Below are positions 1 to 12,000 of a stretch of 48,441 bases of DNA, one piece after another. The notes under the pieces were generated by a model, which was not told where the DNA came from, made no database searches, and saw only the letters and a program-made list of their open reading frames with translations. The stretch spans positions 1 through 48,441 of the forward strand of contig JAUCBJ010007341.1 in NCBI GenBank assembly GCA_032718475.1, in the 5' to 3' direction. A program made the translations under genes and the position numbers. Source of the stretch: Nemertoderma westbladi (lineage: Eukaryota > Animalia > Xenacoelomorpha). Every line of letters begins with the position of its first letter. The stretch's first letter is position 1.

Positions 1-3000
1 AAATGGCCCGAATGTGTGTAATTTGTGACAAGTTGTGTGTGTGGTATTTGTGAGTTTATAGGTGAATGTTACTGCTAAGGTGTGTTTACAGTAGCCAGTC
101 GCAATCGTAAAAGTAACCTAACTCTCCAAGGAAAACCTGAAGTACATCTAAGACTTTGGGACGGACAGTCGAGTGACTTGTGCCGGTTGTCGTTGTCGTT
201 GTGCGGCTACGTCGTTGGCGAAAGTACAGCGGCGACGACACATCGGCGCTGAGGATCTCGTACTGTCCGGGGTTGATTGGGGTAGGCAGCGACGCCCGCT
301 CGCCTAAATATAAACTCATTATAATATGGATAAACTCATATATAGCAGATATGACGGAGTTGATAGAAGATGGTCTTGGTATCGGGGAACGATATATCCT
401 ACTTTCAAACGTTTGTTGATAGCTTAATACGCGGTGATACTAGTCCAACTACTACGAAGGATGATGGTCGTTATATCGAACCGCCAATGTCCCAAGAGCA
501 GCTCACGCGTGAGTTGGACTATAAGAAATTCACCGCTCGATATACGCAGCGTAATGGTACGTATATGGGCTTCTTAACTACTGGTTATTCTATCAATTTA
601 CACAATACGGACTATGTCGACTATATATCCTGCCCAGCGGAGTCGGAACCATAAGCTGATATTCGAATGCGAAAATTCTATTCGAAGTCGGCTCGAAAGA
701 AAAGACATTAAAGAAACAAATAAACGCGGTAACTCCAACATATATTTGGAATTCTTGATAGAAGCATTGTAACAACAAATAAATATCACCCGCGTTTACC
801 CTACCAGACGTGCGTCTTTGGTATTATTACGATAAACGCCCTAGACCCAAATAATAAACGGAAAGACATAAACATCCATGTAAACCGAAACTTGTTGACG
901 TATCACCTATGCTCACTCGGCTCGAACGATCCTGGAGTAAACCTACGATCAGAGTCCCGGAATACTCGGTCAAACCTCCTCATTCCTTAGTTGGACCTCA
1001 GACCTGCGATCTTGGTGGTGTCGCGGATCCTCGCGGACTGTATTCACTGTTCAAAGATCTAGTGCTACCCTAACAATTAATCGGTAACACTCCGACAGTG
1101 ATTTCTAGCTAGCCGCCCATCTTACCTAGCCGGATTGTGACGCGGACACCTAATATCACTATCCAACCGTATGGTCGTCCACGTTTAACGCGATACAACC
1201 CCTCATCAAGGTGAAGGAGAGCGTTGTACGAAACGAGTTAAACGCTATTTTATAAAGATCAAAAAGGAAACCTGCGTTTGTTCAGATAAACGTAAGTTAT
1301 AACAGTGAGTCCAATCGATAAACGAATTGGCCTTATCTCAATTCGATTGGGAAATCCAGAATCTCTAAGAAGTTATCGAACTTGGACGATCCTATTCTCT
1401 GCGAGAGTTTTTGGATGAACGTATCCAGCTACGAGCGGAGGAAAATCAGCTCGAGGAGAAGCAGATCGAAACGGCAGATACCTCGACCACAATCCTACAC
1501 CTTCTGATGCAATCATATTGCACCCTTCACCCAGGAGTTATGGCCCTCCTAGTAAAGTGGCTCCCCCCAAAGAGAAAAAGACTCTTGCTAGCCTCAAAAA
1601 CAGCGTAAACGCCGTCCGCGCAAGAAAGACTAACTGTTTAGAGTATCTTTGTGTTTTAGAAACTGTGATTTTTATATTTTATAGACTGAAAATCCCATTT
1701 TCTGGGAGCGGTGTAAAAGCCTTTGCTGAATTGCCCCGTTATTTTTATTATCTTTTACATTAAAATACTCTGTAGTTGATTTAATAAGTGTAAGAGACCG
1801 TATTATTGCTGTATCGGTGTTTTTAGAGGATCTAAGACCTATTTCCTCCGTATGTGTACTGTGAAAGGCATATTTTATGATTCTATGGCAATTCGTGACG
1901 CAAAAGGGTGATAGCTACTCTTGAACAGTAGTTACTATGACTACGGTTAACAGCTGACATTCATACGTGTTGATTTCCTTTGTTCTACGGCGTCTCTCAG
2001 TTCAGTCAGCCAATGAGAGCGTTTTTGTGGCTCCTTGTACAGAAAATTTCCGAGAAATGACGCAATGCCTATGTGCAGTGTTTACATTCAGTCTTGAGCC
2101 AAAGAAAGAACGGCTTGGAAGTATTTTGTGCTTTACTGTTTTAGTCGTACACTAGTAGGTTTAATTATAAAGGGCATATATCCTTTAACTGCAATTTAAC
2201 ATACCTAAAGACTACTGCTAACTGATCATACATCCTGACTGCTGAAACATTGCAAACTCGTAACAATCAGTGTTCAGTTGTTGTTTTATACTGCTATTTA
2301 CGGTCAGTTCTTCATAATATGGTTGATGAATTATTATATTTGGAATAACGATAAACAACCCCGAAACCCAATGTTCTTGATATACCGAAGGTAAGAGAGA
2401 AGGGTTACAGATAAACGATTGTGACTTATGTTAAAGTGGTTTGAAGTGAATCCAATGTTATTTGATAGACCCTACATGAGTCAGCCTGTGTTCCTTTTAT
2501 ATGTGACTAAAATCAGTGAAGATTGGCAGATTAGTGTGCAGTATTGTGCAGCATTGTGTATGAGTGAGTCTGTTAAAGAAGCAATTCCTAAAGAATGCGC
2601 CATATATGTGAATTATAATTAAGCCATATCGTTGTGAGTAGTTTAAGTCATAACTCTGTTTATATAGATAAAGCGCCACGTCCTAAAGGAACTGTTAATA
2701 TTACCGAAGGTGAATAATATTGTCAGAGATTATATAGTACTGTCAGTCGAATAATACATTAGGCTTACATAGCAATAAAATTAAACCGTCGAACCCAATC
2801 TCCCGGGAATCTCCAGCGGGTGAATGGTCGCGCACGGATTGGTTTCGACTAGTGTAGTGAATCAAATACTTGTCATAGACTAAAAACAGATTTAATATCT
2901 AGAAGACATCTTAATTTGGTGGGTTAAACTGCCAAAGGTCTGAAAGCGCGAACAATATTAGTGAACAAATGTATTGTTAGAATGCCTGAAGTTTTTAGAA

Positions 3001-3017
3001 ATGTATCTGTGGTAGAT

Positions 3018-4702
3018 TGTAGTCCTACACTGTAACACTGTTAGAGTGTAACGGAGTGTAGTCCTACACTGTAACACTGTAAGAGTGTAACGGAGTGTAG
3101 TCCTACACTGTAACACTGTTAGAGTGTAACGGAGTGTAGTCCTACACTGTAACACTGTAAGAGTGTAACGGAGTGTAGTCCTACACTGTAACACTGTAAG
3201 AGTGTAACGGAGTGTAGTCCTACACTGTAACACTGTAAGAGTGTAACAGAGTGTAGTCCTACACTGTAACACTGTAAGAGTGTAACGGAGTGTAGTCCTA
3301 CACTGTAACACTGTAAGAGTGTAACGGAGTGTAGTCCTACACTGTAACACTGTAAGAGTGTAACGGAGTGTAGTCCTACACTGTAAGAGTGTAACGGAGT
3401 GTAGTCCTACACTGTAACACTGTAAGAGTGTAACGGAGTGTAGTCCTACACTGTAACACTGTAAGGGTGTAACGGAGTGTAGTCCTACACTGTAACACTG
3501 TAAGAGTGTAACGGAGTGTAGTCCTACACTGTAACACTGTAAGAGTGTAACGGAGTGTAGTCCTACACTGTAACACTGTAAGAGTGTAACGGAGTGTAGT
3601 CCTACACTGTAACACTGTAAGAGTGTAACGGAGTGTAGTCCTACACTGTAACACTGTAAGAGTGTAACGGAGTGTAGTCCTACACTGTAACACTGTAAGG
3701 GTGTAACGGAGTGTAGTCCTACACTGTAACACTGTAAGAGTGTAACGGAGTGTAGTCCTACACTGTAACACTGTAAGAGTGTAACGGAGTGTAGTCCTAC
3801 ACTGTAACACTGTTAGAGTGTAACGGAGTGTAGTCCTACACTGTAACACTGTTAGAGTGTAACGGAGTGTAGTCCTACACTGTAACACTGTAACAGTGTA
3901 ACGAAGTGTAGTCCTACACTGTAAGAGTGTAACGGAGTGTAGTCCTACACTGTAACACTGTTAGAGTGTAACGGAGTGTAGTCCTACACTGTAACACTGT
4001 AAGAGTGCAACGGAGTGTAGTCCTACACTGTAACACTGTTAGAGTGTAAGGAGTGTAGTCCTACACTGTAACACTGTAAGAGTGTAACGGAGTGTAGTCC
4101 TACACTGTAACACTGTTAGAGTGTAACGGAGTGTAGTCCTACACTGTAACACTGTAAGAGTGTAACGGAGTGTAGTCCTACACTGTAACACTGTAAGAGT
4201 GTAACGGAGTGTAGTCCTACACTGTAACACTGTAAGAGTGTAACGGAGTGTAGTCCTACACTGTAACACTGTAAGAGTGTAACGGAGTGTAGTCCTACAC
4301 TGTAACACTGTAAGGGTGTAACGGAGTGTAGTCCTACACTGTAACACTGTAAGAGTGTAACGGAGTGTAGTCCTACACTGTAACACTGTTAGAGTGTAAC
4401 GGAGTGTAGTCCTACACTGTAACACTGTAAGAGTGTAACGGAGTGTAGTCCTACACTGTAACACTGTAAGAGTGTAACGGAGTGTAGTCCTACACTGTAA
4501 CACTGTAAGAGTGTAACGGAGTGTAGTCCTACACTGTAACACTGTAAGAGTGTAACGGAGTGTAGTCCTACACTGTAACACTGTAAGGGTGTAACGGAGT
4601 GTACGTAGTCCTACACTGTAACACTGTAAGAGTGTAACAGAGTGTAGTCCTACACTGTAACACTGTAAGGGTGTAACGGAGTGTAGTCCTACACTGTAAC
4701 AC
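3018..4702. repeat. 39-bp minisatellite, about 43 copies
   Basis: Unit GTAGTCCTACACTGTAACACTGTAAGAGTGTAACGGAGT, head-to-tail without spacers. Confidence 0.97.
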
Positions 4703-4749
4703 AATGTTTTGGTAAATCAATCATCCCATTGTGCTTATTTTACTTGTAG

Positions 4750-4885
4750 ATTCTGTGGTCTATAATTTCTATGTATATAAGGGTATGGAAGCTTGGGGTG
4801 CAATTGCTTATCGATCGCAAGCTGTTCTTCTTACTGAATCAGATGATGAGAAAGAGTTACTTAATCGGATATCAGAGATAACAAG
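4750..4885 (+). CDS. M1 family aminopeptidase (aminopeptidase N-like), first visible exon with GAMEN-equivalent motif; 5' exons not found in window
   Basis: tgtag|at..aag|gtaat boundaries; translates DSVVYNFYVYKGMEAWGAIAYRSQAVLL..EITR; phase 2 end matches next exon. Confidence 0.85.
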
Positions 4886-4958
4886 GTAATGAATACATAT
4901 AGGCCTACTAATAATACTGTAGATAGGCTTGTGCTGGAATTATCAACTAATAATACTG

Positions 4959-5038
4959 TATTGGTATTGGTATTGGTATTGGTATTGGTATTGGTATTGG
5001 TATTATGGTATTATGGTATTGGGATTGGTATTGGTATT
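4959..5038. repeat. (TTGGTA)n microsatellite
   Basis: Direct reading. Confidence 0.95.
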
Positions 5039-5856
5039 GATTTAATGGTGCTCAAAGTATAATATTGATATGAACAAAAAAACTTTCCCGAGGTCGTTGA
5101 CTCAGTGGATCCTTCAACTACTAACGATTCCAGGCCCATTATCTGTAAGTTTAAGTACCGAGGTCGGGCACCCGGGGTGTTTGTGCGAAGGTTGCGTGGT
5201 CTCATACCAACGTCGTGCACACGGCCAGTTCGGTCGGGCAACCGATCTGTTTGTGCAAAGGTTGCGTGGTCTCACACCAACGTCGTGCAACCAGTCCGGT
5301 TTATTTTCACAACATCCACAGATCCTGTCCCAGATATTATTGCTTCTTTCGTCGTTTATCCTATTATTGTCCCACTTGCAAGGGGGGGGGGGGGGATATG
5401 TTGGACTCACCGCCAAACACCCGTTTGAACGCGTTAGACTCACCAGGATGGGACTGCTAAGAATGGTAGTGAACAACACTGTACACAGCCACATTATGAC
5501 GCACCGTGGAGAGCCCAATACACGTTGGCTGACTGACCGGCGTCAGCTATTTAAATATTCTTGAAGTAATTGCTCGGCACCTATTGTTTCCTGCAAAAGC
5601 TTGAATGTATTATATTCGCACGTGCCGGCGTATTACAGTATCAACAACCAGAAACGTGATTGGCGCAAGTTTGTGGTGCTGCTTCCCAGTGGGTAGTTAC
5701 TGGTCACACATCATTTTGTTTCATTGTCCGATCCTTCCTTCCCCCTTTGGGGGCTTCACACTCTATATGTCATCTTTTATATGCCTCTGTTAAGTTAACA
5801 GAAGACATTAACCGAGAACCAATTGCTCATCTCACCCGGTGGGTAGTCCGCTCCGC

Positions 5857-5887
<31 letters not shown>

Positions 5888-6028
5888 TTTATTTAAACCA
5901 GAGCCATTGCTCCATAGTAAATAGCTTCTAAAGGCTGTTTGGCCTCAGTGACGACATTGCATCAAAGTGCGGCAAATTAAATATTAAGGGTACAGTATGA
6001 GCATATCCTGCGGTAATTTGCATGAGGA

Positions 6029-6749
6029 CAGTGCCGTCTTAAGGGGGTGGCTGGTGGGGCTGCAGCCAGGGGCCCGTGGTCCATGGGGGCCCGTCGAGGT
6101 CGAGTGTGGTCACATGTACATGGGGCTGCAGCCAGGGGCCCGTGGTCCATAGGGGCCCGTCGAGGTCGAGTGTGGTCACATGTACATGGGGCTGCAGCCA
6201 GGGGCCCGTGGTCCATGGTCCGTGGCCCGTCGAGGTCGAGTGTGGTCACATGTACATATATACATATATGACCTTTGATGATAATTCCTCAAGAAATACA
6301 ACAGTACTGTAGCCTTATTTGATAAACAGGGCCCAAGACCTCAGTAAACACCACTCTACATGAGCCCAAGTACTGTATACAGTAATAGGGTTCGACCGGC
6401 GTACAAGGCTGAGATAACTCCCTCTTTAAATGACTCCCCAATCATCTCAGCCTAGGCTGAGAACACTCCCCTTAGGCTGAGATGACTCCCCTATTTGAGT
6501 TATAATTCATATCCGTACCTGTGTTATTTTCGTATATTGCAAAAATAAAACTGTAACCTATGTTATTAAGATATCGTTTATTGTTTGGGTTAGAAAAGCC
6601 CGCAACTGTAACCTGCTCCTTTCCGTTAATTAAGAAATCTAGGTAGAAAACTGGGTAGTCATATTTGGTGGGGAGTTATCTCAGCCTGTTCGGGGGGCTT
6701 TGTTATTCCACAGCCCCAGGCCCCAGATATAGCTTAAGACAAGGCCCTG
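6029..6749. mobile_element. Non-autonomous hAT-like element with three 66-bp internal repeats
   Basis: Termini CAGTGCCGTCTTAA / TTAAGACAAGGCCCTG; 8-bp TSD CATGAGGA / CATGTGGA (7 of 8 match). Confidence 0.8.
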
Positions 6750-6787
6750 CATGTGGAATATACTGTATGTTAATGTTTGTTCTATAG

Positions 6788-6983
6788 GTTGATTGGACAC
6801 GAGTTGGCTCATCAGTGGTTTGGGAACCTGGTGTCCCCACGGTTTTTTAATGACATCTGGTTGAGCGAAGGTTTCGCCACCTTCCTCGCTAGTCATTGCG
6901 TTGAATATATCGAAGAAACAATGAGAAATCGTTCCAACATTAACAATAATGAGAATAATATTAATACGGAAATGCTGAAAGCT
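6788..6983 (+). CDS. M1 aminopeptidase exon with Zn-binding HEXXH(18x)E
   Basis: [30 protein letters not shown]; tatag|g and gct|gtaagt splice sites. Confidence 0.95.
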
Positions 6984-7187
6984 GTAAGTCAGTTACACGG
7001 AATATCCCCCACTATTCATGGCTATGAGATGCACAGTAAATACTACAAGCTCATAACATATTAACAACATCGTTTTAAGCGGTTTTCACCAAGCGGTTTT
7101 CACATTTGTAATTCTCATTAAATTCTGCTCTAAAATCAAATATGCGAAATTTTGACCAAATTTTTACAGACATTTTACATTTTATAG

Positions 7188-7379
7188 CTTGAAAAAACTG
7201 GATCCAAAAATGTACAATGTATGTACGAAGATTCCTCTATATACACGAATGCTGTTGTCCCGATCGTCAACAATGTCTCTACAGATCTATTGAACTGCGT
7301 CACATACGTAAAAGGTGCCTCATTTCTATTCATGCTCAGCGACGCTTTTGGCAATAAAACTCTGTTAAAAACGATGCAG
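7188..7379 (+). CDS. M1 aminopeptidase exon with catalytic Tyr (TYVKGA)
   Basis: tatag|ctt..cag|gtaaga, 192 nt, phase 0-0; YxKGA motif. Confidence 0.9.
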
Positions 7380-7592
7380 GTAAGAATTTTGTTTGCCACA
7401 TTTATATTTTTACTGTTTACCGATATGGGACATTTTATCCCAGGTGCAAATACTCCGGGCCAAAAAATATCTGGACCAAACGAAAGTCCGCAGCCTCGGC
7501 CTTTACGGCGGTTCGCGGTTGTAGACTATTGGTTGGAGGGCATTGTGAGTCTGAACTGATGCTGTTATAATTCAATTTTTATTATTTTACAG

Positions 7593-7804
7593 AATTATCT
7601 GAACTTATTCATGAATGAAGCAGTTACAACAGATATTTGGTTCCACGTTCTGTATCACACCACCGAGTGGTCAACTACGGGGGATAACAAGCTGAATCTA
7701 GAACGTTGGGTATACCAAGAGGGCTACCCAATTGTAACAATAAGGAAAGTAGATCATAACACCGCTCAACTAAGTCAGCACGCTTTCTTCACTAACTACA
7801 CCGG
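7593..7804 (+). CDS. M1 aminopeptidase exon (WVYQEGYPIV)
   Basis: tacag|aat..gg|gtgagt; WxxQxGYP motif of M1 domain II/III junction. Confidence 0.9.
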
Positions 7805-8607
7805 GTGAGTTCAACGGACGTTAACTGTTACGATTGGTACTTTTATTACTAGCCAATATAATCTCGATGCAAAAATCTTAACATCGTCTAAGAACTCCCG
7901 GGCTTCCTACTAAGGAAAAATTACAATAGCTAAGGTCCGTTAATGAACAGGGTATAGCAACCAGCCATTCCTCGAACTGCGTATACTAGATGTTCATACA
8001 TTGGAATGGAACGCTTGTCCAAGGCTCTTGTTCACGATTTGTAGATCTCGGATTGAACCAAACAGTTGTCACGGACTGCACAAATAACAGCATTTTGTCG
8101 ATGCAGAAACTACTAAATAAACTATGTAAGTCAAATCTGTGTAAATCCACCACAGAAAAGATTCCTAAACTGACGAGGATCTCGCTAGCACTACATTAGC
8201 TACTGAATCCAAACAGCCGTCTAACTGATTTAGGTAAGGCAACTTTAAGACTGTTAAATATGCGTTGACTGCAATAGACATCGGCCCAAAGTGCATTACA
8301 ATTAATTTTACAACAGTAGCTATTGAAGTACTGTATGTTGTTTTTATTGTAATGTTCTCAAACAAAAATATGGCACAAAATGGTGGTTAATTAATTATTA
8401 GTATAATTAAGTATTAGTGTTAATTAATAGTAAGTAATAGTAGTCATTCAGTAATCAAAACTGAAAAAATTGGACTGTATTTGAACGAGAACTACTTGGT
8501 GTTCAGGTGGCCATAAATAAGTGTAAAGTCTATCTGCAGCCTGCAGGCGGAATGTCTTCACTTCTACTGTATATAAAAACGGACCACAAACCGCTTCTGT
8601 GTAGTAT

Positions 8608-9068
8608 TGTATCGAGTTTGATAAAACTCATTTTATTAATGAAAGTAAAATCCAAGAAAAGTCATACTTGTCAACCATTCAGTCTATAATCAGTTATATT
8701 TAATTGTTACATCTGTACATTCAGACATTTGACCATGAATCTACCGTTTAATGATGCGATGCTGATGCTAATGTTCACAAGTATTGACACATTTACATAT
8801 TAACTATAAACCGGTAACTATTGCAGTTTGCAAAAATATATAGGCCTGTAGGAATTATTTCCCGCTAGCGGTAACATTATATTGCTGCACAGTACAGCAG
8901 TTTGTAGGCTACGGTAGTGCAGTAAGTAGGCCTAAAACCAATAACAGTTAATAACCCTACAACATCAGATACAAGATCATTATACTGCATAGCTAATAAT
9001 AATAATCGGGTTTTTTAATAGTCCGCCCAGATGAAGTTTTAATCGGTCCACTATCAGACTCTGCTACA
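8608..9068 (-). repeat. BEL/Pao 3' LTR
   Basis: Direct repeat of 15834-16294; AATAAA on the minus strand near 8632-8637. Confidence 0.95.
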
Positions 9069-12000
9069 TCCTCCCGGCTCGAAACTATATCAGGAGTTTC
9101 ATCAATCTTTTTCTTCCTATAATTAATCCGATCACCCAAATCATCCGAATCCTTGGGAGAATCTTGTAAGCGCGTTTCATAATATCTCTCAAATAGATGG
9201 AGACGCTGAACTGGGCGCGAAAATTTGCCCTTTTTAGTTTCAACAGTCACTGTGCGAATTATACCATCTTTACTGGGATGAGTTTCTGTCACACGACCCA
9301 TAGGCCAGGAATTACGTCGAGTTCTATCTTCTGAAATAAGTACAATGTCATTGATCTTTATTGGTTCCTTCTCAAGTTGCCACTTTTGTCTTGGTTGCAA
9401 CTGGTGGAGATACTCTGTCTGCCAACGTCGCCAAAAGTTATCTAATAATCCCTGTAAATACACATATCTCTTTGTCAATGAAACTTCTTTACCACCAAGA
9501 TCATGCAAAGGACGCAATGGTCTTCCAAGTGCTAAATGAGCAGGTGTAATAGGTAGTATGTCCTTCGTATCTGGACTATGATAGGTCAATGGCCGTGAGT
9601 TTATCATCGCTTCTACATCAGTGAGAACAGTGTACATCTCAGTATAAGTCAATAATGACTTTGACAATATCTTCCGTAGGGGTTCCTTGAGACTACGATT
9701 AATTCTTTCCCAGTAACCTCCTCGGAAAGGACTTCGTTCCACAATAAAATTCCATGATATCTTACGCTCATTCATAAATGATGCAATAGCTTCTTTGTCT
9801 AAATGTTTCCAGATATTGTCTGAAAAATTTAGTTTGAAAACTTTGGAGGCTTTCTTAAACGTTTTCTGGTTATCAGAAGTCACTGTTTTACAAAGACCTC
9901 TACGATTTACCATTCTACGAAAGCATTGTAGAAATTCAGAAGTCTCCATATTTAAAGCTAATTCAAAGTGACACATACGGCTAGCTGCACAAGTGAAAAC
10001 ACAAATGTAAGCTTTATGTGTAGAAGATCCTTCTTTGATAAGTAGTGCACCAGTAAAATCAATTCCAATATTCCAAAATGCTGGTGATATCTGTAAGCGT
10101 TCAGGTGGCAAGTTGCCCATAATTTGTTCCATTGGGACAGTCTTATGATGGTTACAAACATTGCAGAGATGAACTGCTTTTCTTATCTCATGACGTGAAT
10201 TAATAATCCAATACTTTTGTTTGAGGAGTGATAATAAAACCTCCTGTGGTGCATGTTGATTTGAAATATGCACCTGTAGTATAAGTTTTTGAACCAAACC
10301 TTCACCTTTAGGAAGAAGAATTTGATGTTTAGCAGACAAGGGTAGATCGGAAAATTCAAGTCGCCCACCAACTACCAACAATTGTCGATCAATATCATAT
10401 TGAGGATTCAAAGGCAACAAATGATGTTTATTAGGCAATGGTTTATTCTGCGATAATAAATTATAAGCCTCCATGAAATAGTGCTTCTGCAGAATTTTCC
10501 ACCAATGCATTTCTGTAGCTTCCATCTCCTCCAGAGTAACCAAATAAGGATGTAATGATGTCAGTGTTGTCGGCTGTTTATCCAGAGCCACTTCATCACT
10601 GTTCTCAACCCCCTGGGACAATTTCTTCCTAGCTCTAGCTAGCCAACGAAAGCATCTCACAGTAAATCGAATAAGATTACTAAACCTCCCATAATATTCA
10701 GTAATATAGTTACTAAATTGAGTAACATTTGCTGATTTTAGGTTAGATACAAGGCATATAGATTCTGATGCCTCATCATCCTGAACCAAATGTTCAGAGC
10801 TATTTATGGTAGGTGTTGACAAACCTTGAATAATTCTTTTCACATATTTATGTTGTTTAATAGGTCTCTTCTCTGGTAGTTCAATTTCAACATTCAATGA
10901 AGATTTCGGCCAATCATCATTATTCTTAATAAGCCAGTCTGGACCTTGCCAATAAAATGCACTGTCTTTCATCTCCATTAGACTGGTACCTCTAGAGAGG
11001 AGATCTGCTGGGTTTTGATCTCCGGGCACAAATCGCCATACTTCGATAGGACTTAGGTCATGTATCTCTTGTACACGATTTTGAACGAATGTGTTCCATG
11101 TGTAGCTCTCTTTCGCTATCCAACCCAATGCAATTTCAGAATCTGACCATAAATAATAGGAGTTTATATCGACACGTTGATGAAGAGCATCTAAAATATA
11201 CTTAACAAGACGCGCTGCCAGGACAGCACCAAGAAGTTCCAATCGTGCTAACCTGAGTCGTTTAAGTGGAGCTACTCTTGATCTCGCCATGACGAAATGA
11301 GAAGAGGTATTGCTATCACAGAATTCAGTTCGCATATATACTACTGCTCCATACGCAACTTCTGAAGCATCAGAAAAAGCGTGTAATTGTACTATAGTTG
11401 GGTTTCCTTTATAGAAGAGTCTAGGAACCTTAATCGTTTGAAGTAGATAAAGTTCACGTTCCCATTCTCGAAATGAGTTAATTATGCCATCTGTTAATTC
11501 GTCATCCCAACCACATTTGTTAAGCCACATATTTTGCAAAATAATCTTGCCTCGAATTACAAAAGGGCTAACAAATCCAAAAACATCATAGATCTGAGAT
11601 ATCTTACTAAGCATCAATCTTTTTGTTCGAGAATAGGTGCTCAAATCAGTTAATCTGTCAGTGACAACCAAACTGAAAGTATCATCAGTCTCATAATTCC
11701 AACCAAGACCCAGCGCCTTAGTATTTCCTAAATCAGATTGATCAGTAAAGCTCACAAAGTTTCCTACTAAACGATCTTTCTCTGGTATAAGTGATAATAG
11801 TTTAGCCGAATTCGAACCAAATTTTGTTAGCTCATAACCAGCCATTTTACACATATCTACTAACTCTATATATAATTGCTCAGCTTGAATCTCATTGTCG
11901 GCTCCACCTAACAGATCATCAACATAGAAACTGTCAGATGCTTCTTTTGCAGCCAATGGAAACTTAGCTATCATGTCTGGTCTTTCACAATGATGAATTC

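Noticed and set aside
2290-2940. Upstream aminopeptidase exons ending in LPK or IPK
   Set aside because: Stops in frame or wrong splice phase; no surrounding M1 motifs
3018-4702. CRISPR array or repetitive protein ORFs (LQCRTTLRYTLTV)n
   Set aside because: No unique spacers, no cas genes, eukaryotic context; the ORFs arise because the unit is 39 bp and stop-free
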